NCBI GenBank assembly: GCA_964016885.1
Contig: OZ024741.1
Location: 396,614,001-396,678,000, forward strand
Length of the DNA: 64,000 nucleotides
Direction of reading: 5' to 3'
Origin: Eledone cirrhosa
Taxonomy: Eukaryota
Shown here piece after piece: positions 43,019 to 54,148 of the stretch (position 1 is the stretch's first letter; each line of letters begins with the position of its first letter). The translations under genes were made by a program, and so were the position numbers. The notes below the pieces were generated by a model. The model searched no databases. It was not told where the DNA came from and worked only from the letters and a program-made list of their open reading frames with translations.

Positions 43019-46000
43019 ATAGTAGTGGTGTAGTGATGGTGTAGTAGTGGTGTAGTGGTGGTGTAGTGCTGGTATAGTGGTGGTGTAGTGATGGTATAGT
43101 TGTGGTATAGTGATGGTGTAGTGGTGGTATAGTGGTGGTGTAGTGGTGGTATAGTGGTGGTGTAGTGGTGGTGTAGTGATGGTGTAGTAGTGGTGTAGTG
43201 GTGGTGTAGTGGTGGTGTAGTAGTGGTATAGTGGTGGTGTAGTGCTGGTATAGTTATGGTATAGTGATGGTATAGTGGTGGTATAGTGGTGGTGTAGAGG
43301 TGGTATAGTGGTGGTGTAGTGGTGGTGTAGTGATGGTGTAGTAGTGGTGTAGTGGTGGTATAGTGGTGGTGTAGTGGTGGTATAGTGATGGTATAATGGT
43401 GGTATAGTGATGGTGTAGTGGTGGTATAGTGGTGGTGTAGTGGTGGTATAGCGGTGGTGTAGTGGTGGTATAGTGGTGCTGTAGTGGTGGTATAGTGATG
43501 GTATAGTGGTGGTGTAGTGGTGCTGTAGTGGTGGTATAGTGATGGTATAGTGGTGGTGTAGTCGTGGTGTAGTGGTGGTATAGTGATGGTATAGTGGTGG
43601 TGTAGTGGTGGTGTAGTGGTGGTATAATGATGGTATAGTGGTGGTATAGCGATGGTGTAGTGGTGGTATAGTGGTGGTGTAGTGGTGGTGTAGTGGTGGT
43701 GTGTGATGGTGTAGTAGTGGTGTAGTGGTGGTATAGTGGTGGTGTAGTGGTGGTATAGTGATGGTGTAGTGGTGGTGTAGTGATGGTATAGTGGTGGTGT
43801 AGTGGTGGTGTAGTGGTGGTATAGTGATGGTATAGTGATGGTATAGTGGTGGTGTAGTGGTGGTGTAGTGGTGGTGTAGTGATGGTGTAGTAGTGGTGTA
43901 GTGGTGGTATAGTGGTGGTGTAGTGGTGGTATAGTGGTGGTATAATGGTGGTATAGTGATGGTGTAGTGGTGGTATAGTGGTGGTGTAGTGGTGGTGTAG
44001 TGGTGGTGTAGTGGTGGTGTGTGATGGTGTAGTAGTGGTGTAGTGGTGGTATAGTGGTGGTATAGTGGTGGTGTAGTGGTGGTATAATGGTGGTATAGTG
44101 ATGGTGTAGTGGTGGTATAGTGGTGGTGTAGTGGTGGTGTGTGATGGTGTAGTAGTGGTGTAGTGGTGGTATAGTGGTGGTGTAGTGTTGGTATAGTGGT
44201 GGTGTAGTGGTGGAGGAGTGGTGGTGTAGTGGTGGTATAGTGGTGGTGTAGTGGTGGTATAGTGTTGGTATAGTGGTGGTGTAGTGGTGGTGTAGTAGTG
44301 GTGTAGTGGTGGTGTAGTGATGGTGTAGTGATGGTATAGTGGTGGTGTAGTGGTGGTGTGTGATGGTGTAGTAGTGGTGTAGTGGTGGTATAGTGGTGGT
44401 ATAGTGGTGGTGTAGTGGTGGTATAATGGTGGTATAGTGATGGTGTAGTGGTGGTATAGTGGTGGTGTAGTGGTGGTGTGTGATGGTGTAGTAGTGGTGT
44501 AGTGGTGGTATAGTGGTGGTGTAGTGTTGGTATAGTGGTGGTGTAGTGGTGGAGGAGTGGTGGTGTAGTGGTGGTATAGTGGTGGTGTAGTGGTGGTATA
44601 GTGTTGGTATAGTGGTGGTGTAGTGGTGGTGTAGTAGTGGTGTAGTGGTGGTGTAGTGATGGTGTAGTGATGGTATAGTGGTGGTGTAGTGGTGGTGTGT
44701 GATGGTGTAGTAGTGGTGTAGTGGTGGTGTAGTGGTGGTGTAGTAGTGGTGTAGTGGTGGTGTAGTGGTGGTGTAGTGGTGGTGTGTGGTGGTGTAGTAG
44801 TGGTGTAGCGGTGGTATAGTGGTGGTGTAGTGGTGGTGTAGTGGTGGTATAGTAGTGGTGTAGCGGTGGTATAGCGGTGGTGTAGTGGTGGTATAGTGGT
44901 GGTGTAGTGGTGGTGTAGTGGTGGTGTAGTAGTGGTGTAGTGGTGGTATAGTGGTGGTGTAGTGGTGGTATAGTGGTGGTGTAGTGGTGGTGTAGTGATG
45001 GTGTAGTAGTGGTGTAGTGATGGTATAGTGATGGTGTAGTTGTGGTATAGTGGTGGTGTAGTGGTGGTGTAGTGGTGGTGTAGTGGTGGTGTGTGATGGT
45101 GTAGTAGTGGTGTAGTGGTGGTGTAGTGGTGGTATAGTGGTGGTGTAGTGGTGGTGTAGTGGTGGTGTGGTGGTGGTGTAGTGGTGGTGTAGTGGTGGTA
45201 TAATGATGGTATAGTGGTGGTATAATGATGGTGTAGTGGTGGTATAGTGGTGGTGTAGTGGTGGTGTGTGATGGTGTAGTAGTGGTGTAGTGGTGGTATA
45301 GTGGTGGTGTAGTGGTGGTGTAGTGGTGGTGTAGTGGTGGTGTAGTGGTGGTGGAGTGGTGGTATAGTGATGATATAGTGTTGGTATAGTGGTGGTGTAG
45401 TGGTGGATGAGTGGTGGTGTAGTGGTGGTGGAGTGGTGGTATAGTGGTGGTATAGTGTTGGTATAGTGGTGGTGTAGTGGTGGTGTAGTAGTGGTGTAGT
45501 GGTGGTGTAGTGATGGTGTAGTGATGGTATAGTGGTGGTGTAGTGGTGGTGTGTGATGGTGTAGTAGTGGTGTAGTGGTGGTATAGTGGTGGTGTAGTGG
45601 TGGTGTAGTGGTGGCATAGTGGTGGTGTAGTGGTGGTGTGTGATTGTGTAGTAGTGGTGTAGCGGTGGTATAGCGGTGGTGTAGTGGTGGTGTAGTGATG
45701 GTATAGTGGTGGTGTAGTGATGGTGTAGTGATGGTATAGTGGTGGTGTAGTGGTGGTATAGTGATGGTATAGTGGTGGTGTAGTGATGGTATAGTGGTGG
45801 TGTAGTGGTGGTATAGTGATGGTATAGTGGTGGTATAGTGGTGGTGTAGTGATGGTGTAGTGATGGTATAGTGGTGGTGTAGTGGTGGTGTAGTGGTGGT
45901 GTAGTGGTGGTATAGTGGTGGTGTAGTGGTGGTATAGTGGTGGTGTAGTGGTGGTATAGTGATGGTATAGTGTTGGTATAGTGGTGGTGTAGTGGTGGTG

Positions 46001-48047
46001 TAGTAGTGGTGTAGTGGTGGTGTAGTGATGGTGTAGTGATGGTATAGTGGTGGTGTAGTGGTGGTGTGTGATGGTGTAGTAGTGGTGTAGTGGTGGTATA
46101 GTGATGGTGTAGTGGTGGTGTAGTGGTGGTATAGTGGTGGTGTAGTGGTGGTGTGTGATGGTGTAGTAGTGGTTTAGCGGTGGTATAGCGGTGGTGTAGT
46201 GGTGGTGTAGTGATGGTATAGTGGTGGTGTAGTGATAGTGTAGTGATGGTATAGTGGTGGTGTAGTGGTGGTATAGTGATGGTATAGTGGTGGTGTAGTG
46301 ATGGTATAGTGGTGGTGTAGTGGTGGTATAGTGATGGTATAGTGGTGGTATAGTGGTGGTGTAGTGATGGTGTAGTGATGGTATAGTGGTGGTGTAGTGG
46401 TGGTGTAGTGGTGGTGTAGTGGTGGTATAGTGGTGGTGTAGTGGTGGTATAGTGGTGGTGTTGTGGTGGTATAGTGATGGTATAGTGGTGGTGTAGTGGT
46501 GGTGTAGTGGTGGTGTAGTGGTGGCATAGTGGTGGTGTAGTGGTGGTATAGTGGTGGTGTAGTGGTGGTATAGTGATGGTATAGTGGTGGTGTAGTGGTG
46601 GTGTAGTGGTGGTGTAGTGGTGATGTAGTGGTGGTGTAGTGGTGGTGTAGTGGTGGTATAGTGGTGGTGTAGTGGTGGTGTAGTGGTGGTATAGTGGTGG
46701 TGTAGTGGTGGTGTAGTGGTGGTATAGTGGTGGTATAGTGATGGTATAGTGGTGGTGTAGTGGTGGTGTAATGGTGGTGTAGTGGTGGTGTAGTGGTGGT
46801 ATAGTGGTGGTATAGTGGTGTTGTAGTGGTGGTATAGTGGTGGTGTAGTGGTGGTGTAGTGGTGGTATAGTGGTGGTATAGTGATGGTATAGTGGTGGTG
46901 TAGTGGTGGTGTAATGGTGGTGTAGTGGTGGTGTAGTGGTGGTATAGTGATGGTGTAGTGATGGTGTAGTAGTGGTGTAGTGGTGGTATAGTGGTGGTGT
47001 AGTGATGGTATAGTGATGGTATAGTGGTGGTATAGTGATGGTATAGTGGTGGTATAGTGATGGTGTAGTGGTGGTATAGTGGTGGTGTAGTGGTGGTATA
47101 GTGGTGCTGTAGTGGTAGTATAGTGATGGTATAGTGGTGGTGTAGTGGTGGTGTAGTGGTGGTATAGTGATGGTATAGTGGTGGTGTAGTGGTGGTGTAG
47201 TAGTGGTGTAGTGGTGGTATAGTGGTGGTATAGTGATGGTGTAATGGTGGTGTAGTGGTGGTGTAGTGGTGGTGTAGTGGTGGTGTAGTGATGGTATAGT
47301 GGTGGTATAGTGATGGTGTAGTGGTGGTATAGTGGTGGTGTAGTGGTGGTGTGTGATGGTGTAGTAGTGGTGTAGTGGCGGTATAGTGGTGGTGTAGCGG
47401 TGGTATAGCGGTGGTGTAGTGGTGGTGTAGTGGTGGTGTAGTGGTGGTGGAGTGGTGGTATAGTGGTGGTATAGTGTTGGTATAGTGGTGGTGTAGTGGT
47501 GGTGTAGTGGTGGAGGAGTGGTGGTGTAGTGGTGGTGTAGTGGTGGTATAGTGATGGTATAGTGGTGGTATAGTGGTGGTGTAGTGGTGTTGTAGTAGTG
47601 GTGTAGTCGTGGTGTAGTGGTGGTATAGTGATGGTATAGTGGTGGTATAGTGGTGGTGTAGTGATGGTGTAGTGATGGTATAGTGGTGGTGTAGTGGTGG
47701 TGTAGTGGTGGTGTAGTGGTGGTATAGTGGTGGTGTAGTGGTGGTATAGTGATGGTATAGTGGTATAGTAATGGTATAGTGGTGTTGTAGTGGTATAGTG
47801 GTGGTATAGTGGTAGTATAGTGGTATGGTGATGGTGTAGTACTGGTATAGTGGTGGTATAGTGGTAGTATAGCGGTGGTATAGTGGTGGTGTAGTGGTAT
47901 AGTGGTATAGTAATGGTATAGTGGTGGTGTAGTGGTATAGTGGTGGTATAATGGTAGTATAGTGGTATGGTGATGGTGTAGTACTGGTATAGTGGTGGTA
48001 TGGTGGTGGTGTAGTAGTGGTACACTGGTGGTGTAGTGGTATAGTGG
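43019..48047. repeat. 11-bp G/T-rich minisatellite (GTAGTGGTGGT)n, ~5 kb
   Basis: 11-bp period with ATAGTG/GTGATG variants; nearly C-free on the + strand. Confidence 0.97.
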
Positions 48048-48206
48048 TCTGTATCTCTTATAATATATACTGCCTATTGATTTTTAAAATAACCAAACAT
48101 TTGGAGCAATAAAAATATTAAGTTTGTCATATAGACATAGCCAACCTCTCGGACCTTTACAAAGTGTTGAAAAGACAGAGTCAACACAAAGAATGATTCT
48201 ATAAAT

Positions 48207-48301
48207 TAGGGTGAAGACCCTTTAAAGATCGACAAAGAAGATGCTCTGAGGAATTGAACCCATACCTCCCAAATTTCCGTCTTTAAAGGGTCTTTACCTT
48301 A
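48207..48301. mobile_element. Small MITE-like inverted repeat with TA ends
   Basis: TAGGGTGAAGACCCTTTAAAG ... CTTTAAAGGGTCTTTACCTTA, 19/21 complementary. Confidence 0.5.
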
Positions 48302-48312
48302 TTTTATCCAAA

Positions 48313-48462
48313 GGTGGTGAATAGGCAGAAAACCAGATAGAATACTTTACAGTATTCATTCAGACTCTCTGCTCTCTGAGTTCAAATCCCGTCGAGGTGA
48401 ACTCTACTTTTTATCCATTCAAGGTTGATAAAAAAAGTACCAGTCAAGTACTGGGGTCAATT
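48313..48462 (+). mobile_element. Older diverged tRNA-derived SINE of a related family
   Basis: GGTGGTGAATAGGCAG, GAGTTCAAATCCCGTCGAGGT, GATAAAAAAAGTACCAGTCAAGTACTGGGG. Confidence 0.8.
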
Positions 48463-48733
48463 CTTCCCATTATAAATCTTTCTCATTTCCATTCTCTCAC
48501 TCCTTATCCTTCCCTGGAAGAAATCTATTGTATTCAGACCGGGAGAGGAGATAGGTTCTCTCAGGTATAAAAACAACCTAGAAACACTGTATATCAATAT
48601 GATGCCCCTACGACTCCCTCAGAAGTTATGGCACAATACATGTATGTATGTTATTTTATAAACTATTCTATAGCATCTCTAGTGTTTATCTTGACTAAGG
48701 TTTTCATTAGTAAGCTGATATTTAGAACATTAC

Positions 48734-49385
48734 TTAACTCTTTAGCATTTAAACCGGCCATATCCGGCCAGAATTCTCTCACCTCTTTCTGTTCAAACCG
48801 GCTGTATCCAGCCACTCATATTGATGTTAAAATATCAAAATAAATATCAAAATCTCATAGATTCAATATTATGTGAGATAAATAAAGCCTTTACCATGAA
48901 AATATAATAGTATATATAATAGTAAATATAGACTAATATAAATGCTAAAGGGTTAAGAAACACTTCTAAACTAATATTATGATGAAAGGTTTTAATGAAT
49001 TTTTTAAAATAAGAACTTTGGTATCATAAATTCAGGATGATTTCAACCAGTTTGGTATCATAAATTCAGAGTAGTTTCAACCAGTTTGGTATCAAAATGT
49101 TAAGAAGTTACAATATATTGTTACAGAAATCTTATATTTTATGCTTATATTTATAACTTTGACTCTAGCATTTACAATACTATATATTTACTATTGTATT
49201 TTTGTGGTAAAGGCTTTATCTTACAGAATTATCTCACATAATATTGAATCTATGAGATTTTGATAGTATTTTGTTTTAGAACAATACCTTAACATTAATA
49301 TGAGTGGCCAGTTATAGCCAGTTTGAACAGAAAGAGGTGAGAGAATCTTGGCCAGATATGACTGGTTTAAATGCTAAAGGGTTAA
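48734..49385. mobile_element. Two oppositely oriented ~225-bp piggyBac-type MITE copies (48734-48956 and 49159-49385)
   Basis: Ends TTAAC(C/T)CTTTAGCATTTA ... TAAATGCTAAAGGGTTAA (TTAA plus CCC termini); the bodies are reverse complements of each other. Confidence 0.7.
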
Positions 49386-49447
49386 GCAAATTTCAGGTAA
49401 CAAGTATAAGTTACCATACCTAGATTTACATTTTAGATAACAAATAT

Positions 49448-49448
<1 letters not shown>

Positions 49449-49480
<32 letters not shown>

Positions 49481-49754
49481 GTTTTTACAGACACCTTTCC
49501 ATGCTTGTATGGGTTGAATGGGTCCTTCTCAGCATGGCATCTCTCCACACGTTGCAATCCTTTGTTATTGCCTCTGTTAGTCTCAGTGATTTCATGTCAG
49601 CTCTCACAACCTCTGCCAAGGTTTTACTTGATTTACTTCTATTGCAACTTTCTTCCACTGGCATTTCCTGCCACTTCTTCACCCAACAATCATTATCCAT
49701 GCGCATCACATGTCCAAACCAATCCTGTCTTCTGCACACCACCTCGGATTCCTC

Positions 49755-49757
<3 letters not shown>
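49449..49757 (-). mobile_element. RTE LINE 3' fragment with (GAT)n tail
   Basis: WFGHVMRMDNDCWVKK...VRADMKSLRL...WRDA; (CAT)n on the + strand. Confidence 0.85.
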
Positions 49758-49806
<49 letters not shown>

Positions 49807-50029
49807 TAATTAAGAGACGAAGCTTATCAAATAGAATGGGCACAGCTTCAGTCCATTCCTCACTCACTCAATAATCTAATTAAGTCTGTAGTATTTAAAT
49901 TTGAACCCAACTGATTAGAGTGTACACACACACACACACTCACACATATATATAAATATAAAGGATTGCGACGTGTGGAGAGATGCCATGCTGAGAAGGA
50001 CCCATTCAACCCATACAAGTATGGAAAGG

Positions 50030-50360
50030 TGAACGACCAAGCATAGATGAGTTGAGAGAGAAAATGGTTATAAGAGGGATAAGTTGTGGTGTGCAGGAGA
50101 GAAGACTGAGATGGTATGGACATGTGATGTGCATGGAAGATGACTGCTGGATAAAAGAAGTGCCAAGAAATCCCAGTAGAAAGAAGGTGCCGTAGAGGAA
50201 CACCACAAAAAACATGGGCGGAGGTGTTGAGAGCAGACCTCAGATCGCTGAAGCTCACGGTGGAGATGACGAAGGACCGTGACAAGTGGAGAGATGCTGT
50301 GCTGAATAGGACCCGTCCCACCCTTGCAAGCAGGGAAAAGCGGACATAAAATGATGATGA
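50030..50360 (+). mobile_element. RTE LINE 3' fragment
   Basis: VQERRLRWYGHVMCMEDDCWIK; ends GGACATAAAATGATGATGA. Confidence 0.85.
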
Positions 50361-50564
50361 TATATATATATATATATATATATTTTTTAAATTGGAGACG
50401 GTGGCTGCTTCTAACAGGAACTACGTGAAGGAGTGTTTGAGTACTTTGCCTCCATGACCACCCCAATTGAGCAAAGAAGAAGAGAGAAGTATATATTTAT
50501 TACAGTTTGTGGTAAGTACAGTCAATTAAAATGGAGTATCCAGCTGTCAAAAATTGCCTAACAA

Positions 50565-50835
50565 AAAGTCAGGAAGACTCTTCAGTTATGCCAAAGACAA
50601 GACAACCTCCTAGAGTTGGTGATCTACATGATAAATACACCCAGTACACTCTGTAAAGTGGTTGGTAATAGGAAGGGGATCCAGCTTTAGAAAACTTATC
50701 AAACAAAGAGTCAGGCAGACTCTTAAAATGTAGAATAGACATGACAACCTCTTAGAGGTGGTGATCTACATGATAAATGCACCCAGTACACTCTGTAAAG
50801 TGGTTGGTGACAGGAAGGGGATCCAGCTTTAAAAA
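50565..50835 (+). repeat. Tandem ~142-bp duplication containing an RTE 3'-UTR-like motif
   Basis: CACCCAGTACACTCTGTAAAGTGGTTGG..AGGAAGGGGATCCAGCT occurs twice and resembles the reverse complement of 37443-37500. Confidence 0.7.
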
Positions 50836-51343
50836 ACCCATCAAGAGCCTAGCAAATCCAATTTGTGTTTTGACCTCAAAACCCGGTATAGTCATTTCAT
50901 CCTTACATATACTGTCATGGACACAAGATAGTCAAATGGTTAAGAAGTTCTCTTTGGAATCATTAGGTCTGTGGCAAGTGTCATTTCAAGTTGACCCATG
51001 TCTTGTGAGTGAAATTGGGTGGACAGAAACTGTTCGGAAGCCCATTTAATGGACTGTACTATACCACACACTGAATCTCCTTCTATCAGTTTTTATTCAG
51101 AGTGGCCCATCTCCTAGACAGTTTGCCCTCACTATAGCTTATGAAGCCTATTTCTTCCCTGTGCAGTCTTCTATACTAAATTTTTTTTTCATACATGTAT
51201 GTGTATATGAGTGTGTGTATGTGTATATGTGTGTGCGTGTGTGTATGTGTATATATGTGTGTGTGTGTGTATATATGTGCATATGCATACATTTATATAT
51301 ATGAATATATAAATATAAATGCACATAGGCACGCTTACAAAAA

Positions 51344-52006
51344 TCACCCCTTCCTTCCTCAGTCATCTCCAGTGTGTGACGTCATCACCCCTTCCTTCCT
51401 TAGTCATCTCCAGTGTGCGGCGTCATCACCCCTTCCTTCCTCAGTCATCTCTAGTGTATGACGTTATCCCTCCTTCCTTCCTGAATCATCTCTAGTGCAT
51501 GACGTCATCACCCCTTCCTTGCTCAGTCATCTCTAGTGTGTGACGTCATCCCTCCTTCCTTCCTCAGTCATATCCAGTGTGTGACGTCATCACCCCTTCC
51601 TCCCTCAGTCATCTCCAGTGTGTGACGTCATCACCCCTGCCTTCCCCAGTAATCTCCAGTGTGTGATGTCATCACCCCTTCCTTCCTCAGTCATCTCCAG
51701 TGTGTGACGTCATCACCCCTTCCTTCCTCAGTCATCTCCAGCGTATGACATCATCACCCCTTCCTTCCTCAGTCATCTCTAGTGTATGACGTCATCCCTC
51801 CTTCCTTCCTCAGTCATCTCTAGTGTATGACGTCATCCCTCCTTCCTTCCTGAATCATCTCTAGTGCATGACGTCATCACCCCTTCCTTCCTCAGTCATC
51901 TCCAGTGTGTGACGTCATTACCCCTTCCTTCCTCAGTCATCCCCAGTGTGTGAAGTCATCACCCTTCCTTCCTCAGTCATCTCCAGTGTATGACGTCATC
52001 ACTCCT
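51344..52006. repeat. 41-bp minisatellite, 16 copies, most containing TGACGTCA
   Basis: Unit CCCCTTCCTTCCTCAGTCATCTCCAGTGTGTGACGTCATCA. Confidence 0.96.
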
Positions 52007-52337
52007 TACTGTGTGATGGACAGATGGATGGACGGATATCACTCAAATTTATATATATATTTGGAATAACTGATCTCCTAGACAGGTTGCCTTCACTATA
52101 GCTTACAAAGCAATAATGCTGTTGCTATTGCTGCATTGTTGTTGGTGCTGTTATTGTTGTTGTCTTCCAATATTTCAGTAATGCAAAGATTAAACAAATA
52201 ATGTCCAACTATTGTTTTGTTATCACTAAATAAGAAGAAAATATGTTTGTTTTTAAATGTTAATGTTATTTAAATCCCAGCAGCATATTATGAAATACTG
52301 TTGGCTTCTTGCTCACATTAGTTTCTCTATTTTCATT

Positions 52338-52457
<120 letters not shown>

Positions 52458-53539
52458 GGATACTATTTATGGTTATGTATATATTAAAACTTTTTATAGT
52501 TATGTATATTTTAAACCCTAAAGAGTGAAGGTCAGTAATTTATTACTACCTTATTACCAGTAAGATAAATAGCTCAATGTAATAACATCAGTTGTTCTAC
52601 AGAGCAGTTATATAGAATTCACAAGAATCAAAGCTATGTTCAAAGCATTTGTTCACTTACAATTGTTTCATCCAAATCTAGGCTTGGAGTCTTCGGAGCA
52701 TTTTTCAATGTTTGTACACATAATTGACCTCCTTTCCAACGCAAGAGACATATAGATACATATATATATATTGATGTACAGTGGAGTGGCATATATTATA
52801 CTATACTATTTTTGTACAGCAATTCAAATTCAAAATCAAAATCAAATAAAAATCAAAATTAAAATACATTCGGCAGATAACACAGATAATGCAAGAGGAT
52901 AGTTTGATAGTCAGGTCTAGTAGGTAGTGTATGCGTTAGTTACACGTAGAGCATGCATGTGTGTCTCATTTTTATACTATTATTGTGTGGCAGGGTGTTA
53001 CACGTAATGCAAGCACTTCAAGCGGGTAAGCAAGATTATTATGGTGGTTGTAGTGGTAAGGTATTTTTTGTATAGAACAAAAAAGTATGTGTGCAGAAAA
53101 ATAAAAAGACGAAGAAAAAGAAAGTTATGGTTTTCGTATCCACCATCATTTTCACAGTCAGAAAAAGTAAGACATAGTTTCTACATCCATCACATAAGTA
53201 ACGATGATTCCGTATTGAATGTTTGATGCATTAAAATAAATTATTTTAGCGTATTGAGGCTCAGTGTTATTTAATCCAAGTATATAGAATAGGTTGATTC
53301 TGCTGCGAGTATTTACAGCGGTTTATTACCCGGAAGTATGTGTGTAATTAAGGGGAGTTAATGCGTAAGGGGAGGTAACTAGTCGAATCTCATAACTAAA
53401 TTCATTGTTCTAACATACATTATAAGGCGCCTCAATTGAGTCCCTTATATAGACGGTTATACATTTATATCTAGTTTCAAATTTTAAATACAGTCTACTC
53501 TATCATGATGTACTAAAGGTATCTATATTAAGTTGATTA

Positions 53540-54148
53540 CTCCCTCGATTAGACTAATCTGCCCTTCCAAGTCTGACATTGGCACTATCAGTAAGAAAAT
53601 TTTAGATAAAATCATCCCACAGATTCAACACAAAATATACCTTAAACAATGGGGAAATACGGGTGAAGTTATTGAATGGTTTAAAGATATCAAGGAAAAC
53701 AAAAATAAAAAAATGTATTCAATTTGATATCAATTCATACTACACCTCTATTTCCCCTATCCTATTAAATAAGACACTAATTATGGCCATGAACAATAGT
53801 GACCTGACTAGACCCCAGATTGATGTCATACTTGCGGCCCGTAAAACCGTAATCACTTTTGAGGACCAGTTATGGACCCGCAAAGATACGCATAGCAACT
53901 TCGACATAACCATGGGATCTAGTGACTCGGCGCAGGTCACTGATTTCGTGGGCCTATACTTACTAAACGAAATCCATAAAGACCTTCCGTACCTCAACGG
54001 TGGTTTGTACCGCGATGATGCACTTCTCCTTATAGACTATAAAAAAATTAATATAGAAAGAACTAGAAAACGATTGCACAAGACTTTCAAAAACTATAAC
54101 CTAAGTATCATCATAGACAAAAAAACTAAAAACGTTAACTTCCTAGAT
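53540..54148 (+). mobile_element. Penelope-like RT fragment, probably Naiad-type; frameshifted and 3'-truncated
   Basis: RLICPSKSDIGTISKKILD...QW.NT.EVIEWF; FDINSYYTSI; FDITMGSSDSAQVTDFVGLYLL; GLYRDD; VNFLD; frameshift near 53710. Confidence 0.8.

Noticed and set aside
42983-48025. 1680-aa His/Thr/Pro-rich mucin- or extensin-like ORF
   Set aside because: It is the translation of an 11-bp repeat that is open in several frames, with no signal peptide or unique domain.
52460-53530. Possible host exon or gene in unique-looking sequence (also 57840-58230)
   Set aside because: Only short ORFs with no recognisable motif are present, so a call cannot be supported without transcript or homology data.
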